From: Myxococcota bacterium
GTDB taxonomy: Bacteria; Myxococcota; JACRCW01
Reading direction: 5' to 3'
Assembly: GCA_040752415.1 (NCBI GenBank)
Contig: JBFMGU010000009.1
Location: 1-64,000 of the forward strand
Length of the DNA stretch: 64,000 nt
Both the position numbers and the translations under genes were made by a program. Positions 1 through 9,929 of the stretch are shown one piece after another; position 1 is the first letter of the stretch; each line of letters starts with the position of its first letter. Under the pieces are notes generated by a model. It had not been told where the DNA came from and did not search any database. It saw nothing but the letters and a program-made list of their open reading frames with translations.

Positions 1-92
1 CGACCCATGCCCGTAGACTCACGATGTCGATGGCGTCATTCCCCGTGGCGCAGCCGTTCTTGTCTGCGATTCCGCGGCCAAGAACCATCGCT

Positions 93-147
93 TCGCGGGT
101 GCCAGGTTCACCTCCGCCACGGTCAACTCCACCGGGAACCGCTGTAA
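93..147. repeat. Intergenic 55-bp motif, copy 1 (copy 2 at 8079-8134); contains a minus-strand sigma54-like TGGCAC element
   Basis: TCGCGGGTGCCAGGTTCACCTCCGCCACGGTCAACTCCACCGGGAACCGCTGTAA; 50/56 positions identical to 8079-8134 by manual alignment. Confidence 0.75.
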
Positions 148-183
148 GCTTGCTCCCGGCTCGTCCCAGCCCCCGAGGTCATC

Positions 184-1602
184 ATGTCCCATCGCCGCAC
201 GTTGTGGACCGCATGTTGTGTGCTGACGCTGTCGACGGGTTGCATCGGGTCCACCTCCACACCGCCCGACGCCGGCGACAACACTCCGCCCGAGGAGCTC
301 GTCGAGATCGAGGGTGCGGTCCGTCGCTTCGAGTTCTCCATTCCCACGGAGCTGCTGCAGCTTCTCGAGGGTGTGGAGGTCTGCGTGTGGGAGCGGGAGG
401 ACCTGAGCTGCGTGCGGACCGACGCTTCGGGGAGCTTCACGTTGCCCGCGCCCAAGGGGGAGATCGGGCTGACGTTCCGGAAGGACGGTTATGTGCCGTT
501 GCTCGCGCCCATCGTCGCCAAGGCGGGGGCGTTCTCCTCTCCCAGGTTGACGCCGGTGGAGCTGGCCCAGCAGCAGGGCGCCATCTGGGACGCCACCGAC
601 CCCTATCCCTTCGCGCACACGGGCGTGGTCACCTTCAACGCGTACCTCAAGACGGCGGCCAGCGTGCGCGGCCTCGACGGCGTCACGGTGCAGCTCACTC
701 CCGACGTGGGACTGGGCCCCTTCTACCTGCGCGCCGACGGATACGATCCCACCCTAAGCACCACCGCGGCACCACTGGGTGCGGCGGTGATGATGGATGT
801 CCCGCCGGGAGAATACGAGGTCACCTTCACGCATCCCTATGCGCAATGCGTGGAACAGGCGGGGCTGTGGGAGACCACCACGCCGGGACGTTTCCGCACG
901 CCGGTGGTCCAGGGCTTTGCCACCGACGTCAACGTGTATTGCACCTCGACGGGACGGGTGGCGGCGAGCGGGGAGGTGTTCGCGTTCAACTCGGGGCGGA
1001 GGCTGGAGGGTGTGCGCGTGTGCCTGTGGGATGACCCGCAGCATCCCTGCACCAACTCCTCGTCGGACGGGAGCTACCGAATCAGCGCGTTGCCGGGGAA
1101 CACGGACATCGCGCTCAGCTTCGAGAAGGACGGGCACGTCCCACTGCTCTCACCGGCCACCACCACCGGGGCGGACTACGAGGACAGCAGGCTCCTGTTC
1201 CCCACCGCCACGCTCACCAACACCCTCACCGCGGTGGCGGCACAGGACCCCACGCTGCAGCAGCACGGCGTGGTGATGTTCACCGTCTCCTCGGGGAGCA
1301 ATGGCATCACGGAGACGCCGCTGGCCGGGGCCACGGTGGAGCTGGTGACGCCCGCGGCGGGCGGTCGGGTGTACCTGGCCGTCGACGGGAGCGCGGACCC
1401 GCAGCTCACCACGACGGGAACCAGCGGCCTGGTGCTCTTCTATGACCTGCCGGCCGGGACCTACGAGCTGGCCGTGCAGCATCCCACCGCCACCTGCGCG
1501 CAGCGCGCGTTCCTGTGGCCAGCCGCGAGCGAGCACGCCGGGACCGCGCCAGTGGTGGCGGGCCGTCTCTCCTCGGCGACGATGGTGTGCGAATTGCCCT
1601 GA
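184..1602 (+). CDS. Lipoprotein with two internally duplicated carboxypeptidase-regulatory-like beta-sandwich modules
   Basis: Lipobox-like LSTGC; duplicated LEGVxVCxW...C...GS(F/Y)...L(T/S)FxKDG(Y/H)VPLLxP units. Confidence 0.8.
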   Translation: MSHRRTLWTACCVLTLSTGCIGSTSTPPDAGDNTPPEELVEIEGAVRRFEFSIPTELLQLLEGVEVCVWEREDLSCVRTDASGSFTLPAPKGEIGLTFRKDGYVPLLAPIVAKAGAFSSPRLTPVELAQQQGAIWDATDPYPFAHTGVVTFNAYLKTAASVRGLDGVTVQLTPDVGLGPFYLRADGYDPTLSTTAAPLGAAVMMDVPPGEYEVTFTHPYAQCVEQAGLWETTTPGRFRTPVVQGFATDVNVYCTSTGRVAASGEVFAFNSGRRLEGVRVCLWDDPQHPCTNSSSDGSYRISALPGNTDIALSFEKDGHVPLLSPATTTGADYEDSRLLFPTATLTNTLTAVAAQDPTLQQHGVVMFTVSSGSNGITETPLAGATVELVTPAAGGRVYLAVDGSADPQLTTTGTSGLVLFYDLPAGTYELAVQHPTATCAQRAFLWPAASEHAGTAPVVAGRLSSATMVCELP

Positions 1603-1608
1603 GCGCGC

Positions 1609-4600
1609 TCAGTTGCTCCACACCTCCACCATCACCGGCACCTTGGCCTCGTGCGACTGGGAGTCGCGCACGTAGAGCCAGATGGTGTGGGAGCCGGCGG
1701 GGAGGTTGCTGAGCGTGACGGTGGCACCGGTGCCCAGCACGTTGTTGTTGTTGTCGCGCCATTCCAGGTTGGCCTCGGGCAGGGCGCCGTCCTCGGGGTC
1801 GGAGCCGGTGCCGGAGAAGACCAGGGCCTGGCCCACGTACACGCGCTGGCCCCAGTAGGGCTCCTGGATGCGCGGCATGGGGAACGCGTCGGTGGACCAC
1901 GAGCTGTAGTCCAGCCGCGCGCGGTTCACGTTGTCGTAGTAGTCACTGAAGGAGCTGATGTTCTTGGGGTTGCCGCCGGCATCCATCTCCGACGTCACCG
2001 AAGCGCTCCACCAGTTCCCCGTGATGTCCAGGTCCGCGCCGCCCACCGCGTAGTTCACCGTGGTGGTCACCTGGTACTCCCCCGGCGCCGGCGTGGCCAT
2101 GAAGCTGTTGCCGTTCACGTGGACGGTGGGGCCGCTGGTGATCTTCACCACCGGGTGCAGCGTGGTGGAGTTCATGAAGTGGTTGAAGGCCACGGTGCCG
2201 CCGTTGCCAATGGTGACGTTGGCCTCCTTCAGCTTGCCCGCGTCGTCGACGATGACGTTGGACATCACGGTGCTGGAGACAGCCACGTCCTCGTGCGAGT
2301 AGTCCGGGCTGCAGTTGGTCAGGCAGCCGTTGTTGGTCATCTCATTGCCGTAGGCGACACCGTTGTAGACGGCACCGTCGCGCGCCGCGGTGAGCGCGCA
2401 GTGAGACGCAACGCCGCCGTAGACATGCTGGCCTCCCGCTTCATTGAAGACGGAGTGGGAAACCGCGCCGTTGGAGTTCTGGCTCAGCGAGGTGTACTGC
2501 GTCCGCTCGAAGAGGTTCCCCACCAGGTACACGCGACCGCCGGTGTCCAGGTAGTCGCGCCCGTCGTGGAACCAGCTGTCGGTGATCAGGCCGTTGCAGC
2601 GTTCCAGCTGGCTGTAGCCACAGACGCTGAGCCGGCCGTAGCTGTACCCGGCGGTGACTTCGATCCCGTGCACACCGCCGCGGTCCGCGTAGAGGTCAAA
2701 TGGGTTGGAGTTGGTGTTGCCGAAATAGGAGCGCATCACCAGGATGTACTTCTCGTCGAAGCTGAGGGCGGCATCCAGCTCCGTGAAGCGGGACCGGTCC
2801 ACGTAGAACGCGCCCCGACGCGCGGGACCACCGCTGTAGGTCATCTCGAACAGGCGGCCGCGCGCGTGTTGCCCCTGCACGCGGTAGACGATGTTGCCCG
2901 AGAGGTAGCGCCGGTTGTCCATGTCCAGCACGCCGGGCGGGGTGTTGTAGCGGATGGAGATGCCGTCCCAGTCGGTGCGGCCCGGCGTGGCGCTGTCGGA
3001 GCGGATGATGACCATGCCCTCGTCGCTCTCCACCTGGTTGCCCTGTCCGTCGTCGGTGATGGTGCCGCGCGCGCCAATCACGGCCAGGCGGCCCTCCACG
3101 CGGATGGAGCGACGGTCAGAACCAGCGGGCACGGTCTGCGCGCGCACCTCCGCGTTGGGGCCCATGAAGAGCGTGGCTCCCGCTTCCACCGCCACGTCGC
3201 CCTCCAGGATGTACGGGCTGCCGCGCTGGCTCCACACGTTGATGCCGGTGAGCGCGCCCTGCACCAGCGTGGGACCGGTGGAGGGACCGGGCTGCGCGGA
3301 GACCTCGTCGGACTTGAGGCCTTCATTGCCGGACGCGTCCACCGCCGCCACGGTGTAGTAGTAGGTGACGCCGGCGCTGACGTCGGTGTCCTCGTAGAGC
3401 AGGGCCTCATGCGTGTACGGCGTGCTGGTGAGCCGCGTGTACGGACCGCCCGGCGTGGTGGCGCGGTCGATGTGGAAGCCCTGCAGGTCCGTCTGGGAAG
3501 GCGCCTCCCAGCGCAGGTGGATGCGGTCCGCGCTCGCCGCCGCGGCCGGGAAGCCCGGCTTGTTGGGCAGCAGGAAGAAGGTGCGGTCCAGCGTCGAGGA
3601 GAGGTTGCCGCCCGCGTCGGTGGCCTCCACCTTGAAGTGGTATTCCCGACCCGCCACCAGCAGCGCCGGATCCAGCGTCACCGAGTGAGTGGTCGTCGAG
3701 GTGGTGCTGGTCTTGGGCGTAAAGGCGTAGGTGGTGTCCTCGCCATAGCGGACCACGCCGGTGGTGTTCTCGTCGGTGTTCCAGGAGATGACCGCGGTGC
3801 CGGTCTGGGTGTTGGTGTCCACGCGCACATTCGAGATGAGCGGCGGGATCACAATGGTCATGTTGTTGGGCGCGTTGCGCGTGGCGGTGTTGCCCGCGGC
3901 ATCCACGAAGTTGGCGGTGACCACCTTGTTGTTGATGTCCTGCGTGAGGCTGATGCGGTACTCCAGCTTGTAGATGCCGTCGTCGGCGGTGTTGTCGCCG
4001 TGCGTTCCGTCGTCGTACAGGCGCAGCCCCTGCACGTAGCCGGCAATCCCCACCGTGGCGGTGCCGCCCGGCTCTCCCGCGGTGAGCGAGAAGGTGACCA
4101 GCGAGCCCAGCGTCAGCGTGGTGCTGGGAGACCAGGTGAACGCCGTGAGGTTGACCACGGTGTCCAGGCGGATGCTGTCCTCGACGTACGCGGTGGGCGT
4201 CTCCGGTGAGGAGGTGGTGTAGAAGCGCGCGTAGACGGTCTTGTCGCCTTCACCGGTGGGCAGGGTCCAGGCCACCGTGGACTGACACGGCTGGAAGAGC
4301 TGCGCACCGGAGAAGTTGGACGTGTTGGCCACCTCCATCTTGACGCAGTCACTCGCGGAGAGGCTGAGCGAGACGTTGCGGGAGTTGGTGAGTGGGGCGT
4401 GGTTGTTGATGATGACGTAGCGCTCGCGCAGCACCACCGGGGCCAGCACCGTCTCCGGCCCCTTGGCCACCACGATGTTGCCGAAGTCATAGGTCTCGAA
4501 CCCCGGCATGCTGGGCGCGGTGTAGGAGACGCGATAGACGCCGAGCGGCAGCGTGGTGCGCCAGGCGCCTTGCACGTTGGCGCTGACGGCGGTGGCCACG

Positions 4601-7233
4601 CCAGCCAGCGGTCCCTCCTCCCCCAGCACGGTGATCTCCACGCCGGAATGATCCTGCTGCCCCTCGATGTAGACCTGGCCGGAGAGGTCATTCTCGAGGG
4701 CGAGCAGCGTCAGCTGTCCCACGTTGAAGGCCAGGTCATTCTGCACGACGATCTGGTTGGTGAACGTGGCCTGCGCGTAACGCGGACGCCGCGCTACCAC
4801 GCCAGCGCCGTACACCCCGGCCGGCGTGGGAATGGAGAACGCGCCGCCGGCGTCGGTGATGGTGGTGGCGCCCAGGTCCACCAGCTCCACCTCCACGCCG
4901 CTGTGGTCGGTCTGTCCGTCGAGGATCACGGTGCCGGTGACGCGGCCGGTGGGACGCGGCAGCACGATGTTGCCCACGTTGCGCTCGGCGGGCGGCCGCA
5001 CGTCCAGGCCATAGATGCGCATGGGCCCGTAGCCGGGCAGCGTGGCCTCCAGGTCATAGGTGCCCAACGTCACGCCGGTGATGCGGTAGGTGCCGGTGGC
5101 GTCGGTGGTGGCAATGTGCTGGGTGCCCAGCAGCACCACGGTGACGCCTTCATGCGTGAGCCGGCCTTCCACGGTGACCGTGCCGGTGACGTCGGAGCGG
5201 AGCAGCGGCAGGAGCTGCTGGTCGGCAACCTCGACGGTGGTGTTGGCCTGCACCGCGATGCCCGGCACGGTGACGGTCTGGTAGCCCTCCTTGCGGAAGA
5301 GCACCTGCTGCGTGCCCACCGGGACGCCGCCAATGAGGAAGCTGCCGTCCTCCGCGGTGGACGCGGTGATGGCCGTCCCGACGACGGAGACCTCTGTCCC
5401 GGCGTAGGACGGTGTGTCGCCGGGGTTGACCTCTTCCAGCGTCACCACACCGCGGATGTTGCCGCGCGCCAGCGGGACGATGACGGGCTCCGCGGTCAGG
5501 TCGGCGCCGGGCGTGACGGAGAGCGGCTGGCGCACCGGGGAGTACTCGGCGGCGCGGGCGCCGGTGACCCGCAGCTCCAGGAGCTGGGAGCCCGCGGGGA
5601 TGCCGCTGAACGCGTAGTTGCCGTTGCTGTCGACGGCGCTGAAGGCGGACGTGCCCAGGATGCGCGCCTCCACGCTGGTGGTGTCCTCGAGGCGCTCGGC
5701 GAACGCGAGCCCGTGCACCGCGCCGGTGGTCACCAGGGAGAGCGACACGTCGAGCACCGCGGTCTCGTTGCCGGCCAGGTCGGCCAGCTGCACGTGCAGC
5801 TCCTTGGGCCCGTCGCCCACCGGGAACTCGAAGCGGCGCTTGGGATGGAACGGCTCCCACGGCTGCGTCTCCAGCAGCGCGGTGGTGCCCCAGCGCATCA
5901 CCAGCTGCTCCTCCGCGTCGTCGACGGTGATCTGCACCAGCGGGCTGGTCTCGTTGATGACACCGCTGCCGTCGCCCACCACGATGTCGGAGACCTGCGG
6001 CGCGGTGCCGTCAAAGGTCACCAGCACGGTCTGGACGGCGGAGCTGCGGTGGTTCTGGTCGCGCACCTCCACGCGGATGGTCTTGGGTCCTTCCGTGGCG
6101 CCGAGGTCGACGGTGGCGATGGGCTCCAGCGCGCGCCACGGGGCGTTGTCGAGGTCCGGACAGGTGGGCTGGGTGTCACCCTCGCACACCACGTGATGGA
6201 CCATCAGCTCGTCGGAGAGGAGGTCTCCCGCGGCCACCGCCAGGCTCACGTTGCGCTCCCGCGTGTAGCGCTCACCACCGTTGACGCGCACGTACTCGAC
6301 GGCGGGCGGCGTGACGTCGTTCACCAGCACCACGTTGAACACGTCGCTCTCCTCCCCGCACGGGTCGCGGAACTGCAGGTGCAACGTGGTGGCGCCCTCC
6401 GGCAGGGAATCCTGGTGCACGCTGGCGGGAACGGGAGAGGCGAACGGCGGTAGCGTCTCGCCTTCACGCCACGCGCGCCAGGCCGCGGCAAAGGGCGCGG
6501 TGAAGAGCACATCCACGACGTCACTGCGCAGGTGCCAGGTGGTGCCCTGCTGCCCGTACACCTGTTCCAGGCCGGGCGTGAGCGTGACCGCGGCGCGGCT
6601 GAGGGTCAGTCCGGACGCCGTCACCTGCTCGCCGTCAAAGGACACGGTGATGGCCTCACCACACACGCTTCCGAATCCGTCGCGCGAGATGGAGAGCTGG
6701 TAGGTGCCCACCGTGACGTCGGAGAAGGTGAAGCCGCCCTCCGCCACCGCGGTCTCACGCACCGCGTCGGTGCCGGAGAGACGCACCAGCGCGCCCTGGG
6801 TGTCCTCGCCGTCACCAAAGGAGACCTGGCCCTGCACGGTTCCGCGCCCGAGCTCGAGCCTGACCTCGCCGAGGGAATTGGAGCTCCCCGCCTTGGCCAC
6901 CACGCGCGTCTGGTAGGTGCGGTACGCCGAGCCCGAAGCCGCGGCACCGAGTCCACCGGAGTAGGTCACCGAGAGGGTGTAGACGTCGGGCTCCAGGTCG
7001 CTGAGGGTGAAGCTACCGTCGGCTTCCGGCGTCGCGCCGCCCTCACCCTGGCCAAGGTCCACCCGCACCCGCGTCATGTCGTCGGCGCCGGCGAGATTGG
7101 CCAGGACCACGCGACCGGAGATGGTGGCACGGGAGTCGGTGGGGCCCGCCGGCGTGGTGCCCCCAGTGGGACATCCGGCAACCACACCGACGACGAGAAC
7201 AACCGCAAGCTGCAGGCAACGGTTCGCGCGCAT
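1609..7233 (-). CDS. Giant (~1870 aa) surface lipoprotein: multiple carboxypeptidase-regulatory-like domains, choice-of-anchor-X-like motif, FN3 domains, beta-helix-like region, C-terminal Ig/PKD-like domain
   Basis: ATG at 7233 with GGAGG upstream; signal VVGVVAGC; LYDDGTHGDNTADDGIY motif; FN3-like YYYTVAAVDASGNEG. Confidence 0.85.
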   Translation of the reverse strand: MRANRCLQLAVVLVVGVVAGCPTGGTTPAGPTDSRATISGRVVLANLAGADDMTRVRVDLGQGEGGATPEADGSFTLSDLEPDVYTLSVTYSGGLGAAASGSAYRTYQTRVVAKAGSSNSLGEVRLELGRGTVQGQVSFGDGEDTQGALVRLSGTDAVRETAVAEGGFTFSDVTVGTYQLSISRDGFGSVCGEAITVSFDGEQVTASGLTLSRAAVTLTPGLEQVYGQQGTTWHLRSDVVDVLFTAPFAAAWRAWREGETLPPFASPVPASVHQDSLPEGATTLHLQFRDPCGEESDVFNVVLVNDVTPPAVEYVRVNGGERYTRERNVSLAVAAGDLLSDELMVHHVVCEGDTQPTCPDLDNAPWRALEPIATVDLGATEGPKTIRVEVRDQNHRSSAVQTVLVTFDGTAPQVSDIVVGDGSGVINETSPLVQITVDDAEEQLVMRWGTTALLETQPWEPFHPKRRFEFPVGDGPKELHVQLADLAGNETAVLDVSLSLVTTGAVHGLAFAERLEDTTSVEARILGTSAFSAVDSNGNYAFSGIPAGSQLLELRVTGARAAEYSPVRQPLSVTPGADLTAEPVIVPLARGNIRGVVTLEEVNPGDTPSYAGTEVSVVGTAITASTAEDGSFLIGGVPVGTQQVLFRKEGYQTVTVPGIAVQANTTVEVADQQLLPLLRSDVTGTVTVEGRLTHEGVTVVLLGTQHIATTDATGTYRITGVTLGTYDLEATLPGYGPMRIYGLDVRPPAERNVGNIVLPRPTGRVTGTVILDGQTDHSGVEVELVDLGATTITDAGGAFSIPTPAGVYGAGVVARRPRYAQATFTNQIVVQNDLAFNVGQLTLLALENDLSGQVYIEGQQDHSGVEITVLGEEGPLAGVATAVSANVQGAWRTTLPLGVYRVSYTAPSMPGFETYDFGNIVVAKGPETVLAPVVLRERYVIINNHAPLTNSRNVSLSLSASDCVKMEVANTSNFSGAQLFQPCQSTVAWTLPTGEGDKTVYARFYTTSSPETPTAYVEDSIRLDTVVNLTAFTWSPSTTLTLGSLVTFSLTAGEPGGTATVGIAGYVQGLRLYDDGTHGDNTADDGIYKLEYRISLTQDINNKVVTANFVDAAGNTATRNAPNNMTIVIPPLISNVRVDTNTQTGTAVISWNTDENTTGVVRYGEDTTYAFTPKTSTTSTTTHSVTLDPALLVAGREYHFKVEATDAGGNLSSTLDRTFFLLPNKPGFPAAAASADRIHLRWEAPSQTDLQGFHIDRATTPGGPYTRLTSTPYTHEALLYEDTDVSAGVTYYYTVAAVDASGNEGLKSDEVSAQPGPSTGPTLVQGALTGINVWSQRGSPYILEGDVAVEAGATLFMGPNAEVRAQTVPAGSDRRSIRVEGRLAVIGARGTITDDGQGNQVESDEGMVIIRSDSATPGRTDWDGISIRYNTPPGVLDMDNRRYLSGNIVYRVQGQHARGRLFEMTYSGGPARRGAFYVDRSRFTELDAALSFDEKYILVMRSYFGNTNSNPFDLYADRGGVHGIEVTAGYSYGRLSVCGYSQLERCNGLITDSWFHDGRDYLDTGGRVYLVGNLFERTQYTSLSQNSNGAVSHSVFNEAGGQHVYGGVASHCALTAARDGAVYNGVAYGNEMTNNGCLTNCSPDYSHEDVAVSSTVMSNVIVDDAGKLKEANVTIGNGGTVAFNHFMNSTTLHPVVKITSGPTVHVNGNSFMATPAPGEYQVTTTVNYAVGGADLDITGNWWSASVTSEMDAGGNPKNISSFSDYYDNVNRARLDYSSWSTDAFPMPRIQEPYWGQRVYVGQALVFSGTGSDPEDGALPEANLEWRDNNNNVLGTGATVTLSNLPAGSHTIWLYVRDSQSHEAKVPVMVEVWSN

Positions 7234-7428
7234 CCAAGGCCTCCACGGAAAGGGACCGGGACGCGCACGGAATGTCCTCCCCCGCGCCCCTGGACCCGCA
7301 AACCGTAACACACGCGGCCCGCCGGTTTCCCCCATGTTTGAAGGCCCTCCACCATGCCCGGTGGGCGCAGCGCAGACGCGACCACGCCTGCCCACGTGGT
7401 CAGCCTGGCCCGACGCAGACTCTCAGCC

Positions 7429-7773
7429 TCACCGTCGTGCGCGGGCCTTGGCGCTGCGCAGTGCCGACGTGGTGAGCTTGCTGTGCTGGGCACCCACCGT
7501 CGCCATGCGCGCGGCGCGAGCTTCCCAACGCGCTCGACCCTTGGCCGCCTCCGTCTCCCGCGTGTGGGGCTCTCCCTTGCGGGTCAGGTTCGTCAGCAGC
7601 GCAGTGGTTGCGGCCGCCACCTGCTCCACGGCGCGGTCGAACACCTCGCGGTCCGTGCGGGAAGGCTCACGCGTGCCGCTGACCTTGCGCACGAACTGCA
7701 GCGCGGCGGCGCGGATTTCCTCCTCGGTGGTGGGCGGCTCGAAGTGATGAAGCAGGCGGATGTTGCGACACAT
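7429..7773 (-). CDS. DUF2277 family protein
   Basis: Typical N-terminus MCRNIRLLHHFEPPTTEEEIRAAALQFVRKVSG. Confidence 0.85.
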   Translation of the reverse strand: MCRNIRLLHHFEPPTTEEEIRAAALQFVRKVSGTREPSRTDREVFDRAVEQVAAATTALLTNLTRKGEPHTRETEAAKGRARWEARAARMATVGAQHSKLTTSALRSAKARARR

Positions 7774-7825
7774 GCGCATGCGGCTACCACCGGCGCCGTT
7801 TGGCTTCAATGGTAGGGTTTTCCTC

Positions 7826-7972
7826 ATGCGCGCCAACCGTCCCAGCAACACCTCCAGCCTGGTGGCGTTCATCCGCGCCATTGCCACCGACGGCGTCACC
7901 ACCGTGCCCGGGTTCCAGGACCCGTGGCCAGGAGGGTGTGACCAGCTGGCTCCTCGAGGCTCCCGCCAATGA
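7826..7972 (+). pseudogene. Truncated N-terminal fragment of an LCM-family SAM methyltransferase
   Basis: MRANRPSNTSSLVAFIRAIA...VPGFQDP resembles the PSxTA...R...DP start of that family; the frame ends within 48 codons at a GGCTCCCGCCAATGA direct repeat. Confidence 0.4.
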
Positions 7973-8078
7973 GACTGGGGCGGCTCTTCTGGAACGACGC
8001 TCCTGGCTCCCGCCAATGAAATTGGCAGGCATCAGAAAGGGTACGTCCTGCTCACCACTGGGCGACGAGGCCGCGGAA

Positions 8079-8134
8079 TCGCAGGTGCCAGGATCACCCT
8101 CCAGCACGGTCAACTCCAGCGGGAACCGCTGTAA
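8079..8134. repeat. Intergenic 56-bp motif, copy 2
   Basis: TCGCAGGTGCCAGGATCACCCTCCAGCACGGTCAACTCCAGCGGGAACCGCTGTAA, near-identical to 93-147. Confidence 0.75.
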
Positions 8135-8150
8135 CCTGATGCGAAACGCC

Positions 8151-9287
8151 CTACCCGTCCTCGTCGAGGATCGCCGCCGGACCCGGGACCCACTCGACGT
8201 CAAGCCACAGGAATCCAACCTTGTCCGCGCCGGCCCGCACCGTCTTGAAGCGCGCGCTGGCGCATTCCCCGACGCTGCGGAAGGACCCGCCCTCGCGCTG
8301 GATGCGCACGGGTCGCACCTCGTCGCGGGCGTTGGCATCCATGGTCACACGGAACTGGATGCGGCCGCTCAAGGACTCACTGGGCTGCATCGCCATGCAG
8401 CGCTGCACCGCGCCACCAAGCTTCCGCACGAAGGTCGCGCGCGCTTCGGGGGAGGCCGCGCCCTCCAGCCGATCCTCCGCGAGCCGGATGGTCCAATACG
8501 TCGCCAGCGCCTCCTGGCTCCGCTTCCGGTCCCCCGCGCTCAGCTCGTAGGTGACGCGAACGGTGGCGGTCTCCCGCGCACTGGAAACCCGGCCCGCTCG
8601 ACCGCTCAGGCACTCTCCCATCCCCTCCGGATCCGCACCCACCACCGAGAATTGCAGGTTCGGCGTGTACTCGGACGGCGCGTCCACGAACGTCACGTCC
8701 AGCACCAACCTGCGCCTCCCCGACGTCAGCTTGGGCTGGCGGGTATGCGCGCAGAAGAAGACCACGCGGTGCACCCGGGACCTTTCCCTGTGCGACAACG
8801 ACTTGGCCCCGGACACCTGCTCCACCCCCAGTGCACTCACGTCGTAGAAGTTGGTGAGCTCAGGCAGGGACTCCGCGGTGGCTGACCTGGCCGTGGCGTT
8901 GGACGTCTCGCTGAACGCCGAGCATGCGCCGCCAGTGCCGTCCAGACCCTTGAGGCATGAAACACCGACGGTACTGCCAGCCTTCGGGGCGCGCCCCCAG
9001 CTCCTGCCCTTCCCGCTGCCCAGGATCGTCGCGGAGTCCGGGTCATCCGCGGGACACAGGAGCTCCAGCGGATTCCCGTCGTGAGCAGTGAGCTGCATGC
9101 CGTCCACGGTGCCATCCGCCGCCCGGCCCACGCGCACTTCAAACTGGCGCTCGGCGCTCAAGAACGTCAGTCGCGCGCAACGCAGCAGTGCCTGTTCCAC
9201 GTCGACCCGTCGCGCGGAACCCGCGTCTGTTCCGCCGGCGGACAAGGTGAGCGACAACAGCGTGGGCAACATCATCAGCGACGTCAT
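8151..9287 (-). CDS. Secreted hypothetical protein with Cys pairs and a possible AgmX/PglI (TonB-C-like) C-terminal domain
   Basis: Signal-like MMLPTLLSLTLSAG; C-terminal VQRC...GRIQFRVTM...VGECASARF pattern. Confidence 0.55.
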   Translation of the reverse strand: MTSLMMLPTLLSLTLSAGGTDAGSARRVDVEQALLRCARLTFLSAERQFEVRVGRAADGTVDGMQLTAHDGNPLELLCPADDPDSATILGSGKGRSWGRAPKAGSTVGVSCLKGLDGTGGACSAFSETSNATARSATAESLPELTNFYDVSALGVEQVSGAKSLSHRERSRVHRVVFFCAHTRQPKLTSGRRRLVLDVTFVDAPSEYTPNLQFSVVGADPEGMGECLSGRAGRVSSARETATVRVTYELSAGDRKRSQEALATYWTIRLAEDRLEGAASPEARATFVRKLGGAVQRCMAMQPSESLSGRIQFRVTMDANARDEVRPVRIQREGGSFRSVGECASARFKTVRAGADKVGFLWLDVEWVPGPAAILDEDG

Positions 9288-9336
9288 GACGTGAACCGTT
9301 AGAACGCCGCCAGCATGGCGTCCACACTGCCAGGCG

Positions 9337-9918
9337 CTACTTGCCGGGTGTCGTCGGCGCGGCGACTTCCACGTTCCCACTGGCGGGAACCTTCACCGGC
9401 ACCGACTGCTCCTCACCGCCGTGACGGTAGATCTTCAGCGTGTAGCTGCCCGCGGGAACATCCTTGAGCGTGAAGCTGCCGTCCTCACCCGGCTTCACGA
9501 AGTGCGGGTTCTGGAGCACCAGGATGACGCCGTTCATCCGCGGATGCAGCGAGCAGAAGATCTCCACCGGACCCACCTTGTCGAAGGTTTCGACGATCTT
9601 CTCGCCCTTCTTGTAGAGGCCCAGGTCGAACGTCTTGGTCTTCGACCGGGAGAACACGTTGTGGGTGACCCAGTCGTCGTTGGTCATGTCCACCCTGGTG
9701 CCCTTGAGCACCGTGAGCACCGGCGGGGAGAAGCGGGCGCCCTTCTGGCTCAGCTTCACCGGCTCCCGGGGCGGCGCGTGCGCGCCCGGCACGTTCTCCA
9801 GGTACACCACGGTCCGGTCCGCCTCGGCGGCGTCGGCAATCGGCAACTTCCCGGTGATGTTACCCGCCCACGACGTGGTGGTGCACAGCGAAACCGCAAG
9901 GATCATCGACAGCCGCAT
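9337..9918 (-). CDS. Cupredoxin (type-1 Cu) plus carboxypeptidase-regulatory-like domain protein
   Basis: Signal peptide; HNVFS and FCSLHPRM supply His/Cys/His/Met ligands; C-terminal DGSFTLKDVPAGSYTLKIY. Confidence 0.85.
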   Translation of the reverse strand: MRLSMILAVSLCTTTSWAGNITGKLPIADAAEADRTVVYLENVPGAHAPPREPVKLSQKGARFSPPVLTVLKGTRVDMTNDDWVTHNVFSRSKTKTFDLGLYKKGEKIVETFDKVGPVEIFCSLHPRMNGVILVLQNPHFVKPGEDGSFTLKDVPAGSYTLKIYRHGGEEQSVPVKVPASGNVEVAAPTTPGK

Positions 9919-9929
9919 GCTTGTCCTCG

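Noticed and set aside
93..147. Cobalamin or c-di-GMP riboswitch
   Set aside because: GGGAA and CTGTAA fragments are present, but their order and spacing do not fit the consensus; left as an unassigned motif.
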